IMG/VR virus record: IMGVR_UViG_3300037258_000514
Location: 111,953-175,952 of that record
Direction: 5' to 3' (one strand)
Length of the DNA stretch: 64,000 bases
Source: a virus
Shown here: piece after piece, positions 50,502 to 59,811 of the stretch
Layout: every line of letters begins with the position of its first letter
Numbering within the stretch: the stretch's first letter is position 1
The notes under the pieces: model-generated
Told to the model about the DNA's origin: nothing
Seen by the model: the letters and a program-made list of their open reading frames with translations, nothing else
The model's database searches: none
Made by a program: the position numbers and the translations under genes

Positions 50502-51452
50502 ATGCCGGTTTTTTCGTTCGCTGAACTCGACGTTAGAAATCATTGTTCAAATCACCATTATAGAATGATCGGCTGCCTTGATTGTGAAAGTCTAGAAGAA
50601 CTAGATTCGTTTTTAAAGACCGATGTCGAATCAATTTTGCACGAGAATAGAATAGACTTTAATAGATTTTTACGTAAGCAAGGACTGGTTCAGTTAAAGA
50701 TCGACATTGGAAAGAACGCTAATCCAAAAGTACAATTAATTCGTCAACAGTTGAGTAGAGTCTTTGCTGTGTTCTTCGCCAGAGCTAAAAATAAGGCAGC
50801 AAATGCTGTAGAAGAAGAAACAAAAAAACTTGGTAAGAAGTTAACAAACAAAGAAAAACTTGCTGCACTGGCGTTTATAGCAATTCAGTGGCAAGAACTC
50901 CTTGACGGTGTCTATCTTGATCTATTGGCTGCTGCGCAACTTGGGATCGAAGAAGGATTAACACAGTTGGGAATTACTGACGATGTAGATAAAGCTGATC
51001 TGCTTCAGCAAGCAGAAACTTATGCGAAAGAGCGCTCTGCTGAGATGATCGGGCTTGAATATGTTGGAAATAATTTACTTGAAAATCCTGTAGCAAATTT
51101 TGTTATTTCTGAAACTACAAAAGATGATCTTATAGATGTTGTTGATCGCGCTGTAGAAGAGGAACTAACGCTTGAACAACTTCAAACAATGATTAGAACA
51201 GCGGCGACGTTTAGTGATCTTCGTGCAACGCTGATTGCTAATAACGAAGTAGCATTAGCTCAAGTGAATCTTCATTTAAAAACATGGAGAAAGTTTGGAG
51301 TGAAGAATGTAAATGTTGAGTTAAGTTCGTTGCATAGTGTTGTAGATGAATGTGATGAAATTGTAGCAGGCGGCCCTTACGCAATATCAAACGTTCCTAT
51401 TATTCCTGCTCATCCGAATTGCATGTGTACAATAGTAGGCGTAGAAGAATAA
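50502..51452 (+). CDS. head morphogenesis protein (SPP1 gp7/Mu gpF-like)
   Basis: RATLIANNE...PAHPNCMC; downstream of portal. Confidence 0.85.
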   Translation: MPVFSFAELDVRNHCSNHHYRMIGCLDCESLEELDSFLKTDVESILHENRIDFNRFLRKQGLVQLKIDIGKNANPKVQLIRQQLSRVFAVFFARAKNKAANAVEEETKKLGKKLTNKEKLAALAFIAIQWQELLDGVYLDLLAAAQLGIEEGLTQLGITDDVDKADLLQQAETYAKERSAEMIGLEYVGNNLLENPVANFVISETTKDDLIDVVDRAVEEELTLEQLQTMIRTAATFSDLRATLIANNEVALAQVNLHLKTWRKFGVKNVNVELSSLHSVVDECDEIVAGGPYAISNVPIIPAHPNCMCTIVGVEE

Positions 51453-51479
51453 TAAGGAGATAAAATATCAATAGCAGCG

Positions 51480-51725
51480 ATGGCAACTGAAGTTTTTCTT
51501 GCTGAGGCTGTTCCTAATCCCTCTGCAAGTCAACCAAGTTTAACTAATGGAAATGCAAATTTAGCAAATACTCCTCCTGCTACAGGAGCAATTACTGTTC
51601 CTCAATCACCTTCAGGTGCTGTAGTTACAAATACAGGACGAAGCACTGAAGCTACATATACTTATATGGCGACATCACTGAATATCCTAAACGTTGGAAC
51701 AACACCTCCAGCTGCGAAAAATTAA
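51480..51725 (+). CDS. small Pro/Thr/Asn-rich protein
   Basis: ORF in operon. Confidence 0.55.
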   Translation: MATEVFLAEAVPNPSASQPSLTNGNANLANTPPATGAITVPQSPSGAVVTNTGRSTEATYTYMATSLNILNVGTTPPAAKN

Positions 51726-51734
51726 GAGGAAAAC

Positions 51735-52082
51735 ATGAAGAAAAAGTTTTTACTTATCTATATTGTATTTTGTTCGACGTTAGTATTTGCACAACATTCT
51801 GCAATATTGTCGTGGACTAACTTGGGAAGTTACACAGGCAACAACGTCTATAGAGGAACAGTTTCAGGCGGACCATATACAAAAATCGCAACGTTAACAT
51901 CGCCTGCAACAACTTATACAGATAATAGTGTTGTCGCCTTAACAACATATTATTATGTTGTTAGTTCTACATGTACTACATGTAGTCCATCAGAATCAGG
52001 TTTTTCGAATGAGGTTAAAGCTATTATTCCCGGTGATGCTCAACCTCAATCACCTTCAGGTCTTACAGTTACAACGAAATGA
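51735..52082 (+). CDS. secreted fibronectin type III-like protein
   Basis: Signal peptide; LSW...VYRGTVSGGPYTKI...YTD...YYYVV...ESGFSNEV. Confidence 0.8.
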   Translation: MKKKFLLIYIVFCSTLVFAQHSAILSWTNLGSYTGNNVYRGTVSGGPYTKIATLTSPATTYTDNSVVALTTYYYVVSSTCTTCSPSESGFSNEVKAIIPGDAQPQSPSGLTVTTK

Positions 52083-52363
52083 ACATAATAATTCATCTTA
52101 TCATTGCTTTATCACTTTTTGGTGGAGCAAAGCATAAAGCGGTGCTAAATTGGGTTGCAAGTCCTTCACAAGGCGTTGTATATCGCGTATACAGGGGACC
52201 GCATCTTGGTCCCTATGTACGCGTAGCTGCCGGAATAATTAAAACAACATATACAGATAGCGGTAATAAAGGACAGATTTTTTGTTATGTCGTAAGTGCT
52301 TACGATCAGAAAAAGCAGGAAGAATCTAAATACTCAAACGAAGCCTGTGGAACGATACAATGA
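52079..52363 (+). CDS. secreted fibronectin type III-like protein
   Basis: LNW.AS...YRVYRG...YTD...CYVVSA...ESKYSNE. Confidence 0.75.
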   Translation: MNIIIHLIIALSLFGGAKHKAVLNWVASPSQGVVYRVYRGPHLGPYVRVAAGIIKTTYTDSGNKGQIFCYVVSAYDQKKQEESKYSNEACGTIQ

Positions 52364-52869
52364 CTATAGAGGAAATCACCTCGAATTTTGGGGATATAAC
52401 AAAGTATGATGTATATGCTCTAATTTTGTTAGCATTTTTTGCATTGATAGTTCATCAAATTCTTAAACGAGTAGTTTTCCCTTCATTTGAAACTTTTAGT
52501 GGAACAGTAGCCTTACTAAATAGTAAAGGCGGAATTATTTTTGTTCTTCTTATACTTTGGATTATCTCATTCGGTGTAAGTATAGCATTTGGATGGTGGA
52601 TAATAGTAAAAGGAATTAGCCCGCAAAACGCTTTAGTTATGGTTCTTATTTCCTGGTTAACAGGACAAGCGTGGGGAAATGCAAACGGTGCTTTACTTAA
52701 AACGATGACAGGAGAAGAACCCGCAAAACAAGGATCTTCATCATCGATATCTACTACAACAAGCACATCAACAGTCGTTGCGCCAAAACCTGTTGATGTC
52801 GTAGATAAACAGTTACAAATTACCGCAGATCTTGTAAAAGATGCTAGCACTCCATCATCGACGAGTTAA
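52360..52869 (+). CDS. multi-pass membrane protein (holin candidate)
   Basis: About three hydrophobic helices. Confidence 0.6.
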   Translation: MTIEEITSNFGDITKYDVYALILLAFFALIVHQILKRVVFPSFETFSGTVALLNSKGGIIFVLLILWIISFGVSIAFGWWIIVKGISPQNALVMVLISWLTGQAWGNANGALLKTMTGEEPAKQGSSSSISTTTSTSTVVAPKPVDVVDKQLQITADLVKDASTPSSTS

Positions 52870-52890
52870 ACTGAGGAGAATTAAGCGTCT

Positions 52891-53316
52891 ATGCCTTTGC
52901 GATCATATATTGATAAACTTGAGACGTTAACTCCTATACTGGAGGACACAGAAAATAAAAGACAAAAAGTACTAGATTTCATGCGTCATGCACCATGTAT
53001 TTGTTTTTTGAAGAATGCAGATACAGGAAAATATGAATTCGCAAACGCAGCGATGTGTGAAGCGCTCAACAAGACTGAAAATGAAGTTATTGGTAAAACA
53101 GATTATGAACTGCTCTCGTTAGACGAAGCTAAAATCTCAACAAATCATGATCTCGAAGTTTTGGCAGAGAAAAAGGAATTGATTACAATAAGAAAAGTTA
53201 AAGGAAAAGTTTATCTTGTAGCAAAATTCCTCGTAGTTAATGGAGGGACATCAATAGGCGGGTTTGGAATAGAGTTTCCTGAAAATTTTAAACTAGTTTA
53301 TAGCAAGGAGGAGTAA
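52891..53316 (+). CDS. stand-alone PAS-domain protein
   Basis: FMRHAP..CFLKNADTGKYEFANAA...EVIGKTDYEL. Confidence 0.8.
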   Translation: MPLRSYIDKLETLTPILEDTENKRQKVLDFMRHAPCICFLKNADTGKYEFANAAMCEALNKTENEVIGKTDYELLSLDEAKISTNHDLEVLAEKKELITIRKVKGKVYLVAKFLVVNGGTSIGGFGIEFPENFKLVYSKEE

Positions 53317-53323
53317 CTACAAT

Positions 53324-53611
53324 ATGACCCGCCCCGACTCCCAGCTTAACTTAACAGAGGCGAATAGTTGGTCAGAGTATCGAAGATTAGTTACGCAAGG
53401 ATTAAAGGATTTAGATGACGATATAAAGACACAGAAAAGAGAATGTGATCAAGTTATGCGCGATCTTGCAGAACGCTTTGAACAAATGCGCTTGCAGATG
53501 ACAGTAGATATTACTACACTAAAAACAAAGGCAGGATTATGGGGAGGAATAATAGGTGCTGTTGTTGCTTTCCTAACTGTTTTTGTGACTGAAGCTGTTA
53601 TAAAGAAATAA
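53324..53611 (+). CDS. coiled-coil protein with C-terminal TM helix (lysis-associated candidate)
   Basis: WSEYRRLV...LKTKAGLWGGIIGAVV. Confidence 0.6.
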   Translation: MTRPDSQLNLTEANSWSEYRRLVTQGLKDLDDDIKTQKRECDQVMRDLAERFEQMRLQMTVDITTLKTKAGLWGGIIGAVVAFLTVFVTEAVIKK

Positions 53612-53614
53612 GCT

Positions 53615-54052
53615 ATGTGGACATACGAACAACTAACAGGGCGCCTTAGAGATGCAAATCTTAATCTGATAGGTGTTGGATATGCTGGAAGAGATTTCTT
53701 TCCGGTCGGAGTTTTTGTGGGAGGTAAGAATAATCCTGAGAAAGAGAATCTCAAAGACATTGGTCCTCTTCCTGCAGGTATTTACACAGCAACAGCACTA
53801 CATGAAGATGATCCTATAGTGGGAAAGTACGCGATTAAATTAGAACCAGATCCTGCAACAAGAGCAAAGATAATTTCATATGGAAGACAGCCTGATACAT
53901 TTTTCATGCATGGAGATTCATTTACGCATCCTGGACAAGCTTCGGACGGGTGCATCGTTCAAGCACATGATGTAAGAGTTACGTTTTGGACAAGCACGGA
54001 TCATGATATTCAAGTTATAAATAGTGAGACTACATCAGATGCCATATCGTGA
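53615..54052 (+). CDS. Tlde1/DUF2778-like L,D-transpeptidase-fold protein
   Basis: MWTYEQ.TG...GYAG...NNP...GPLPAGIY...FFMHGD...ASDGCIV. Confidence 0.85.
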   Translation: MWTYEQLTGRLRDANLNLIGVGYAGRDFFPVGVFVGGKNNPEKENLKDIGPLPAGIYTATALHEDDPIVGKYAIKLEPDPATRAKIISYGRQPDTFFMHGDSFTHPGQASDGCIVQAHDVRVTFWTSTDHDIQVINSETTSDAIS

Positions 54053-54428
54053 AGATGGAAGTGATGTTCCTGATAGAATCAAAGGAAAAAAGAAACGTCG
54101 TCAATGGGCTCACGTTTGGAATGGGGAATATGCGCAACATGGCGATGAAGGAAGAGCTTTTGCTACTGCGAACAGTATATATAACCAGTCGAAGAAAGTA
54201 ACTCTTACTCAATTTCTTAAATTCGGAACAGATGAAACAGGTTTTACTAAAGGGGAATACGGACCTTTTAAATGCGCTACATGCAAATATTCATCAGCAT
54301 TAGGCGATGAGCATGTTTGCACAAATGACAATGTACACGAAGATCCTGATGTTCCATCAGATAGTTTTGGTAACAAAATAATCGAACCTGAAGATTGTTG
54401 TAATAATTGGACGCCTGTCGAAGAATAA
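54039..54428 (+). CDS. ChaB-like N-terminus plus Cys-rich C-terminal domain
   Basis: MPY...RRQWAHVWN...EGRAFATANS; CATC...C...CCNNW. Confidence 0.65.
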   Translation: MPYREDGSDVPDRIKGKKKRRQWAHVWNGEYAQHGDEGRAFATANSIYNQSKKVTLTQFLKFGTDETGFTKGEYGPFKCATCKYSSALGDEHVCTNDNVHEDPDVPSDSFGNKIIEPEDCCNNWTPVEE

Positions 54429-54458
54429 ATACAAAAGTTCCAAGGAGAAACAGAAATC

Positions 54459-55595
54459 ATGCATGAAATTTTAAAGACAAACACAGGAGATATTGAAAAG
54501 AAATTATTTATCCCCTTTGTCAAAGCCGATGCAGTGAAAAGAGAAGTATGGGGCGTTGTAACTGCGGAGTCTCCTGATAAAGAGGATGAAATTTGTGACT
54601 ACGACTCAACAGTTCCTTATTACAAAGAAATGGTTGCTGAGATGTCTAAAGCAACAGATGGAGCAAACATTTTTCCTTTACGAGCGATGCATGGGTTAAT
54701 TGCTGCTGGTAAAGGCATTGCAATAGAATTCCGTGATGATAAAAAAGAAGTCTACATGGGATTTAAAGTCGTAGATGATGCCGAATGGAAAAAAGTTGAA
54801 GAAAATGTTTACACAGGATTTAGTCAGGGCGGACGCTACATTAAGCGTTGGAAAGATGGAGATAATACAAGATATACAGCGAAACCAATTGAAGTTAGTC
54901 TTGTAGACGTTCCTTGCTTATCCAGAGCAACTTACGATATGGTTCGCGCTGATGGAACGATAGAAGTTCGCAAGTTTGCAAACCTAACAAAAACAGTATG
55001 TCCGTGTGGATGCGCAAATTGTAAAGAAAATAAGTGCGCTTCATGTTCTGCTGAAACGAAGTGTGATATTAGTGGAACTTCCACAAAAGCAGTTAAATAT
55101 CTTGTTACGGCTAAAGATGGAACAGGGCATCTTCCTGTTAGCGATGAAGATGGAAAACCTAATCATCGTTTAATGGGTGCAGCTTGGGCTGCTTTGTTTA
55201 ATCCAAAGGGACATAGAGGTAATAAATACGCCGGTCCCGATAAGGAAAAAGCAAAGAAGAAACTAAAACAACTTTATGCTCAAGAAGGACTAGATACGCC
55301 TACTGAGAAAGGCGAAAGAATTGATGGTCTATTAAAGACCATGATCGAAGATCGGATTCAGCGTAAAGCTTATGGATTCCTTGGTAAAGGAATGTACACA
55401 GTAAGTAGATTTGCGCAGATTACAGAAGATTTAAAGTATCTCTGGATGGCGTTAGAATATGAACGAGAATCAGAAGGAGATGAATCACCAGCAACAGATG
55501 ATTTGCAGGAAATTTTTGTAGACCTACTCGATTCTTTACTATCTTATACAGAAGAGCAAGTTGAAGAGGAGAAAGAAAAAATCCACGCAGCTTAA
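54459..55595 (+). CDS. prohead protease-like protein with Cys-rich insert
   Basis: VWGVVT.E.PD...LRAMH...YTGFSQGG...EVSLVDVP. Confidence 0.8.
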   Translation: MHEILKTNTGDIEKKLFIPFVKADAVKREVWGVVTAESPDKEDEICDYDSTVPYYKEMVAEMSKATDGANIFPLRAMHGLIAAGKGIAIEFRDDKKEVYMGFKVVDDAEWKKVEENVYTGFSQGGRYIKRWKDGDNTRYTAKPIEVSLVDVPCLSRATYDMVRADGTIEVRKFANLTKTVCPCGCANCKENKCASCSAETKCDISGTSTKAVKYLVTAKDGTGHLPVSDEDGKPNHRLMGAAWAALFNPKGHRGNKYAGPDKEKAKKKLKQLYAQEGLDTPTEKGERIDGLLKTMIEDRIQRKAYGFLGKGMYTVSRFAQITEDLKYLWMALEYERESEGDESPATDDLQEIFVDLLDSLLSYTEEQVEEEKEKIHAA

Positions 55596-55625
55596 CAATC
55601 CGCTACAGCGGTAAATAGGAGAATC

Positions 55626-56432
55626 ATGAAACCAGATCAACTAGAAAAGGCAAGAGGCAAGTCTCTTGTTGCGCACTTTAAGAAGGTTGCGGCGCATCAT
55701 GAGAAGATGGCAGATCATCATGAGAAGTGTATGAAGGCTCATGAAGCTGCAAGTGCTCATCATGAATCTATGATGGGAAAAGCTGAAGATCCGATGCATG
55801 GACATCATAAAGCAAAAGCTGCTTTCCATAAGTCTATGGCGGGCAACCATGAGAAGGCTATGAAAACACATACTGCAACTGCGGAACATCATCAAGCAAT
55901 GGCAACAGCACATGATGACACTGCCGATGATGATACAAAGAAAGCAGCGTTTGCTAAACTCGAAATCGAAATTCCTACAGGAGATACTCAAGTGACCGAT
56001 GTAAATAAAACAGCAAATGTTTCCACAGCAGCCGCTGTTGCTGCAGCAGTTGCAGCAACATCAACAGATAACGCAGCAGCAACAAACGCAGCAGCTACCA
56101 CAACAACTGCAGCAGATTCTATTGCTGTAGGAACAGACTTTGCCGACTTTTACAGTAAAGCACTTGAAAAGGGGCTAAAGGGCGCTATCGAAGGCGAACT
56201 TGAGCGTTTAATGAAGAGTCCTGAATTTGGTGCAGTTGTTCAGGAAAAGCTTGCTAAGATGATGCTTGAAAAATTAGGTGCAGCCGAACCAGCAAAAACA
56301 TTTGCTGTTGTACGTACACCTGATGCAATGACTACTCAGAAGACCATTGCAACAACAGGTGCTACACCGACTGTTCCTTCAGCAGCAAAAGTTGATGCAC
56401 AGTTCTTGGATCTAGTTTCAATGGGCAACTAG
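55626..56432 (+). CDS. scaffold-like protein with His/Met-rich N-terminus
   Basis: Position between protease and capsid genes; HHEK repeats, Ala/Thr tract. Confidence 0.6.
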   Translation: MKPDQLEKARGKSLVAHFKKVAAHHEKMADHHEKCMKAHEAASAHHESMMGKAEDPMHGHHKAKAAFHKSMAGNHEKAMKTHTATAEHHQAMATAHDDTADDDTKKAAFAKLEIEIPTGDTQVTDVNKTANVSTAAAVAAAVAATSTDNAAATNAAATTTTAADSIAVGTDFADFYSKALEKGLKGAIEGELERLMKSPEFGAVVQEKLAKMMLEKLGAAEPAKTFAVVRTPDAMTTQKTIATTGATPTVPSAAKVDAQFLDLVSMGN

Positions 56433-56541
56433 TTTTTTAACTTTTTCATATAACTTTCGACTTCGCTTCCTGTCAGCGAGGGAGAGGTTTTAAAGAAGTA
56501 AACACTAAAATACTTTCTTTCGTTTAACAGGAGAATATGCA

Positions 56542-58533
56542 ATGAGAATCAATCAAGAAAATTACGTCCAGAGAGTATTAATGGGACGTGAAGCCGTTGC
56601 TAAGGCGCTTTCAACAGATGCTATTAAAGATTTGTGTAAGCGTACAAGAGACTTAGATCCTTCTTCACAAGATCCTACTAAGAAGTGGACGTTAGATCAC
56701 CCTCTTGTAAAGGCAACTAGCCGAGCCTTAATTAAGGCTCAATATGATGCTATCCAAGAGCTGATGAAAACCAATCCTCCCGGACTTGGAACATGGCTGG
56801 GATTTAACTTCTACGATCTTCGTGGACCTGCTTACTTCCTGTTTCCATTACTAACGCCCTTTATTCAGATGATCCCGAAGAGGGGAAAAGTTAATGCAGG
56901 CGTAGGTACAGTGGCGCACTGGAAGGCAACACGCAATCCAAACAGTACATACATCTATGCTGGCGTGCAAGAAGGTCAGCGCAACGCAACAGCAACACCT
57001 AACGAATTCGATTTCCTTGCAACATACAAGGAACTCGGTATGGAAGGTGGAAACACATTCACAAGCCAATGGGCTGGTGAAGGGTACACAGATAACCTAG
57101 CAGACGAACATTTCCGTAACCTTGCTCGCCTTCGCTTGCAAGAGGAAATGATTACACTGCTTGGAAACTCTGGTACAGCAACTGGTAACCTTGGTTTTCA
57201 AATGGGACAGGCACCAAACATTACAGCAACACTGGTGTCTGCTGATACATTTAATTCGCCTGCTTCAGCAGGATTCTCTTCTGCAACAAACGTGTCAGCT
57301 TGCGTTGTTGCAATTTCCGGAATGGGAATGAATCCTGGTGGACAAGGCGGCTACAACAGCCCGCCAACAATTACAAACGGACTAGTACCAACATCAACAC
57401 GTCAGAACGTTGATGGAACCACGTTGGCAGTTAACGGCGGAACATCGCAGATTTCAAACGTTAACGCATACGTAACAACAAATGCGACTGCCAAATGGGT
57501 ACAGCTTACTTGCGCAGCAGTTCAGGGTGCCGTGGGCTATGCCTGGTACATTTCAACAGGCGGCGTGGTTGCCGCTGCTGGAAATAATACACAGGGCGGC
57601 TGCGCTCTGGCACAAATTACACCTTGGCCAAAAGCAGTTATCGGTGCTGCGGCGTTAGGTGGTGCGCAACTTGGTAACGCAACAGGACTCAGCACTGACT
57701 ACAGTTATCAGACAACAGATTTTGATGGATTGCTAACTTATGCGTTCAAGAATGGTTACTGGAACGACATGGGCGGCGGTACATTTACACCTGTTGGCAA
57801 TGGTCAGATTGCTGAAGTTGAAACCGACTTGCAATATCTGTGGAATAACTATCAGGCACAACCTGATGCAATTTGGTGTTCCTCAGACGTGCGTGCCGAA
57901 CTAGATCAAGCTGTACTGTACTCTTCAACAGGTACAAACTCCTTTATCTTCCAGTACACACGTGATAGTCAAGGAGCAATCCTTGGTGGTAACATGGTAA
58001 CTGCGTATAAGTCTAAATATTCAGTTAACCCTGAAGGTGGAGCAGCAATCCCAATCAGACTTCACCCGATGCTACCACAGGGCACGTTGTACTACGATAT
58101 TAACACAAACCCATACCCGCATAGCAGAGTACCTGCTGTTAGGGAATTCATGACACAACGTGATTACTATGCCATTGAATGGCCGATCGTAACTCGTGAG
58201 TGGACGTATGGTACATATATTCACGAAGTACTCGCTCACTACATGCCATGGATAAGTGCTGTGAGAACTGGCGTCGGACGTTTTGTAGCGCCTTGCTACC
58301 TAGCCGCAGTAGCATTTGACGAGAACTTCTACACAGGTCCAAAAACACAAGCTGTTCGCAACTACTTACTTGGTTGGGAGCAGAAGTCGGGACTTGGCAA
58401 GATCGTTGTTGGCTTCTACAGACTACACGGAAAAGCCGCAGCCGAACTTGCGCAGAAGTCTTCGTTCGCAAAGCGCGTACTACGATCTGTATTTGATCGA
58501 GTGCTTGCTAAGACCGAAGCTGCTGCTAAATAA
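56542..58533 (+). CDS. major capsid protein with extra C-terminal domain
   Basis: YDL...LFP.LTP...IP; RLQEE...LGN; PIRLHP.LP.GT; RDYYAIEWP...YGTY..EVL; strong SD; position after scaffold. Confidence 0.8.
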   Translation: MRINQENYVQRVLMGREAVAKALSTDAIKDLCKRTRDLDPSSQDPTKKWTLDHPLVKATSRALIKAQYDAIQELMKTNPPGLGTWLGFNFYDLRGPAYFLFPLLTPFIQMIPKRGKVNAGVGTVAHWKATRNPNSTYIYAGVQEGQRNATATPNEFDFLATYKELGMEGGNTFTSQWAGEGYTDNLADEHFRNLARLRLQEEMITLLGNSGTATGNLGFQMGQAPNITATLVSADTFNSPASAGFSSATNVSACVVAISGMGMNPGGQGGYNSPPTITNGLVPTSTRQNVDGTTLAVNGGTSQISNVNAYVTTNATAKWVQLTCAAVQGAVGYAWYISTGGVVAAAGNNTQGGCALAQITPWPKAVIGAAALGGAQLGNATGLSTDYSYQTTDFDGLLTYAFKNGYWNDMGGGTFTPVGNGQIAEVETDLQYLWNNYQAQPDAIWCSSDVRAELDQAVLYSSTGTNSFIFQYTRDSQGAILGGNMVTAYKSKYSVNPEGGAAIPIRLHPMLPQGTLYYDINTNPYPHSRVPAVREFMTQRDYYAIEWPIVTREWTYGTYIHEVLAHYMPWISAVRTGVGRFVAPCYLAAVAFDENFYTGPKTQAVRNYLLGWEQKSGLGKIVVGFYRLHGKAAAELAQKSSFAKRVLRSVFDRVLAKTEAAAK

Positions 58534-58571
58534 GCAAAAATTCTGTTCCGCACCAGAACAGATAATCCGGA

Positions 58572-58603
58572 GAGGGTAGATCTTTGACAGGAGATTTACC
58601 CTC
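58572..58603 (+). terminator. hairpin after the capsid gene
   Basis: GAGGGTAGATCTTT-GACA-GGAGATTTACCCTC; no clear U tract. Confidence 0.4.
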
Positions 58604-58646
58604 AAAGGATCTCAGTCATTTTCTGAAGATAAAAGGAGATTTATAA

Positions 58647-59105
58647 ATGTACAGACGCTATGCTGAACAGGGAAATATGGGTACAGCTGCAATGACTTCT
58701 TCAGCAAAGTCATTAGTTTTGCTGATTTCAACTGCCGCTATTCGCCCCTATGTTTATGATTTCACTTTCGGTACTACCGGTACCCCAAGTGATTCAGTTG
58801 TTACACTAACTGCAACGAGGTTTACATCTTCTGCTGCCACTAACGGAACGGCTTTTACACCGAGTCTGTTAGATTCTCTAGATGCTGCATCTACAGCGGC
58901 TTCGATTATCGCTGTTACAGCAGAACCTACTATTGGCGTTGTTCTATTCCAAGTAGGTTTAAACGTACGTGCAACATATAGATGGGTTGCAGCACCTGGA
59001 GGCGAACTTATTTGTCCAGCAACAGCTAACGCCGGTGTTGCTATTAGAGCTTTGTCGCCAGCGTATACATTAGATGCCAGTGCAACAGTTTACCATGCTG
59101 AGTAG
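58647..59105 (+). CDS. probable virion structural protein
   Basis: Ala/Thr-rich, beta-strand character, follows the capsid gene. Confidence 0.6.
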   Translation: MYRRYAEQGNMGTAAMTSSAKSLVLLISTAAIRPYVYDFTFGTTGTPSDSVVTLTATRFTSSAATNGTAFTPSLLDSLDAASTAASIIAVTAEPTIGVVLFQVGLNVRATYRWVAAPGGELICPATANAGVAIRALSPAYTLDASATVYHAE

Positions 59106-59110
59106 TTAAA

Positions 59111-59136
59111 ACAGGGGCAGATCGCTCTGCCCCTGT
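59111..59136. terminator. intrinsic terminator-like hairpin
   Basis: ACAGGGGCAGA-TCGC-TCTGCCCCTGT perfect 11-bp stem. Confidence 0.6.
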
Positions 59137-59168
59137 ACATTTAAAATAAAAAAATAAAGGAAAATAGA

Positions 59169-59801
59169 ATGAAATATATAGTAATTTGTGTTGTACTATT
59201 TGCTGCTTTATCTCTTTCTGCTCAAACATTTGGACCATACCCTGCATTTTGTGATCTTGTTCCGACAGGAGTAAACGCTCCGTTATATCAATATGGTAAT
59301 AATATAGTACTTGGTTCGGATGGATGTGCTAAGATAACATTTGTTACTTCTGCTGTTTTCTTAGGTAATCTTGGTGGACAAGCAGGAGCAGATACTTCTT
59401 GTCAGCAAGCAGCTAATACTGCGGGATTACCCGGGAAATATAGAGCTTGGTTAGATACTAGTTCACATCTTACACAGGTTCCTCTTCCCTATGTTTTAGT
59501 TGATAATGCCCAAACAATTACAACTTTAGCTATAGTTGCACCAAATTGGGTAGCTATATCAAACGGCGTTTTAACTATTCCAATTAATGAAACAGAACTT
59601 GGAACAACGGCTCCCGGAAAAGCATGGGCTGGGCAAGATTCTCACGGAGTGCCAACAGGATTAGATTGTGTAGGTTGGACATCATCTCTTCATTCTGATG
59701 GAGGTGGTGTAGGTTCTCCTCTCGCTACTGATGGAACATGGAGTAATTACGGTTCTCGAAACTGTGATGTTCCGCAATCATTATATTGTTTTCAGCAGTA
59801 A
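59169..59801 (+). CDS. secreted DUF1554/endostatin-like domain protein
   Basis: Signal peptide; FVTS...GNLGGQAGADTSC...YRAWL...C.GWTS...LYCFQQ. Confidence 0.8.
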   Translation: MKYIVICVVLFAALSLSAQTFGPYPAFCDLVPTGVNAPLYQYGNNIVLGSDGCAKITFVTSAVFLGNLGGQAGADTSCQQAANTAGLPGKYRAWLDTSSHLTQVPLPYVLVDNAQTITTLAIVAPNWVAISNGVLTIPINETELGTTAPGKAWAGQDSHGVPTGLDCVGWTSSLHSDGGGVGSPLATDGTWSNYGSRNCDVPQSLYCFQQ

Positions 59802-59811
59802 GAGGAATTTA

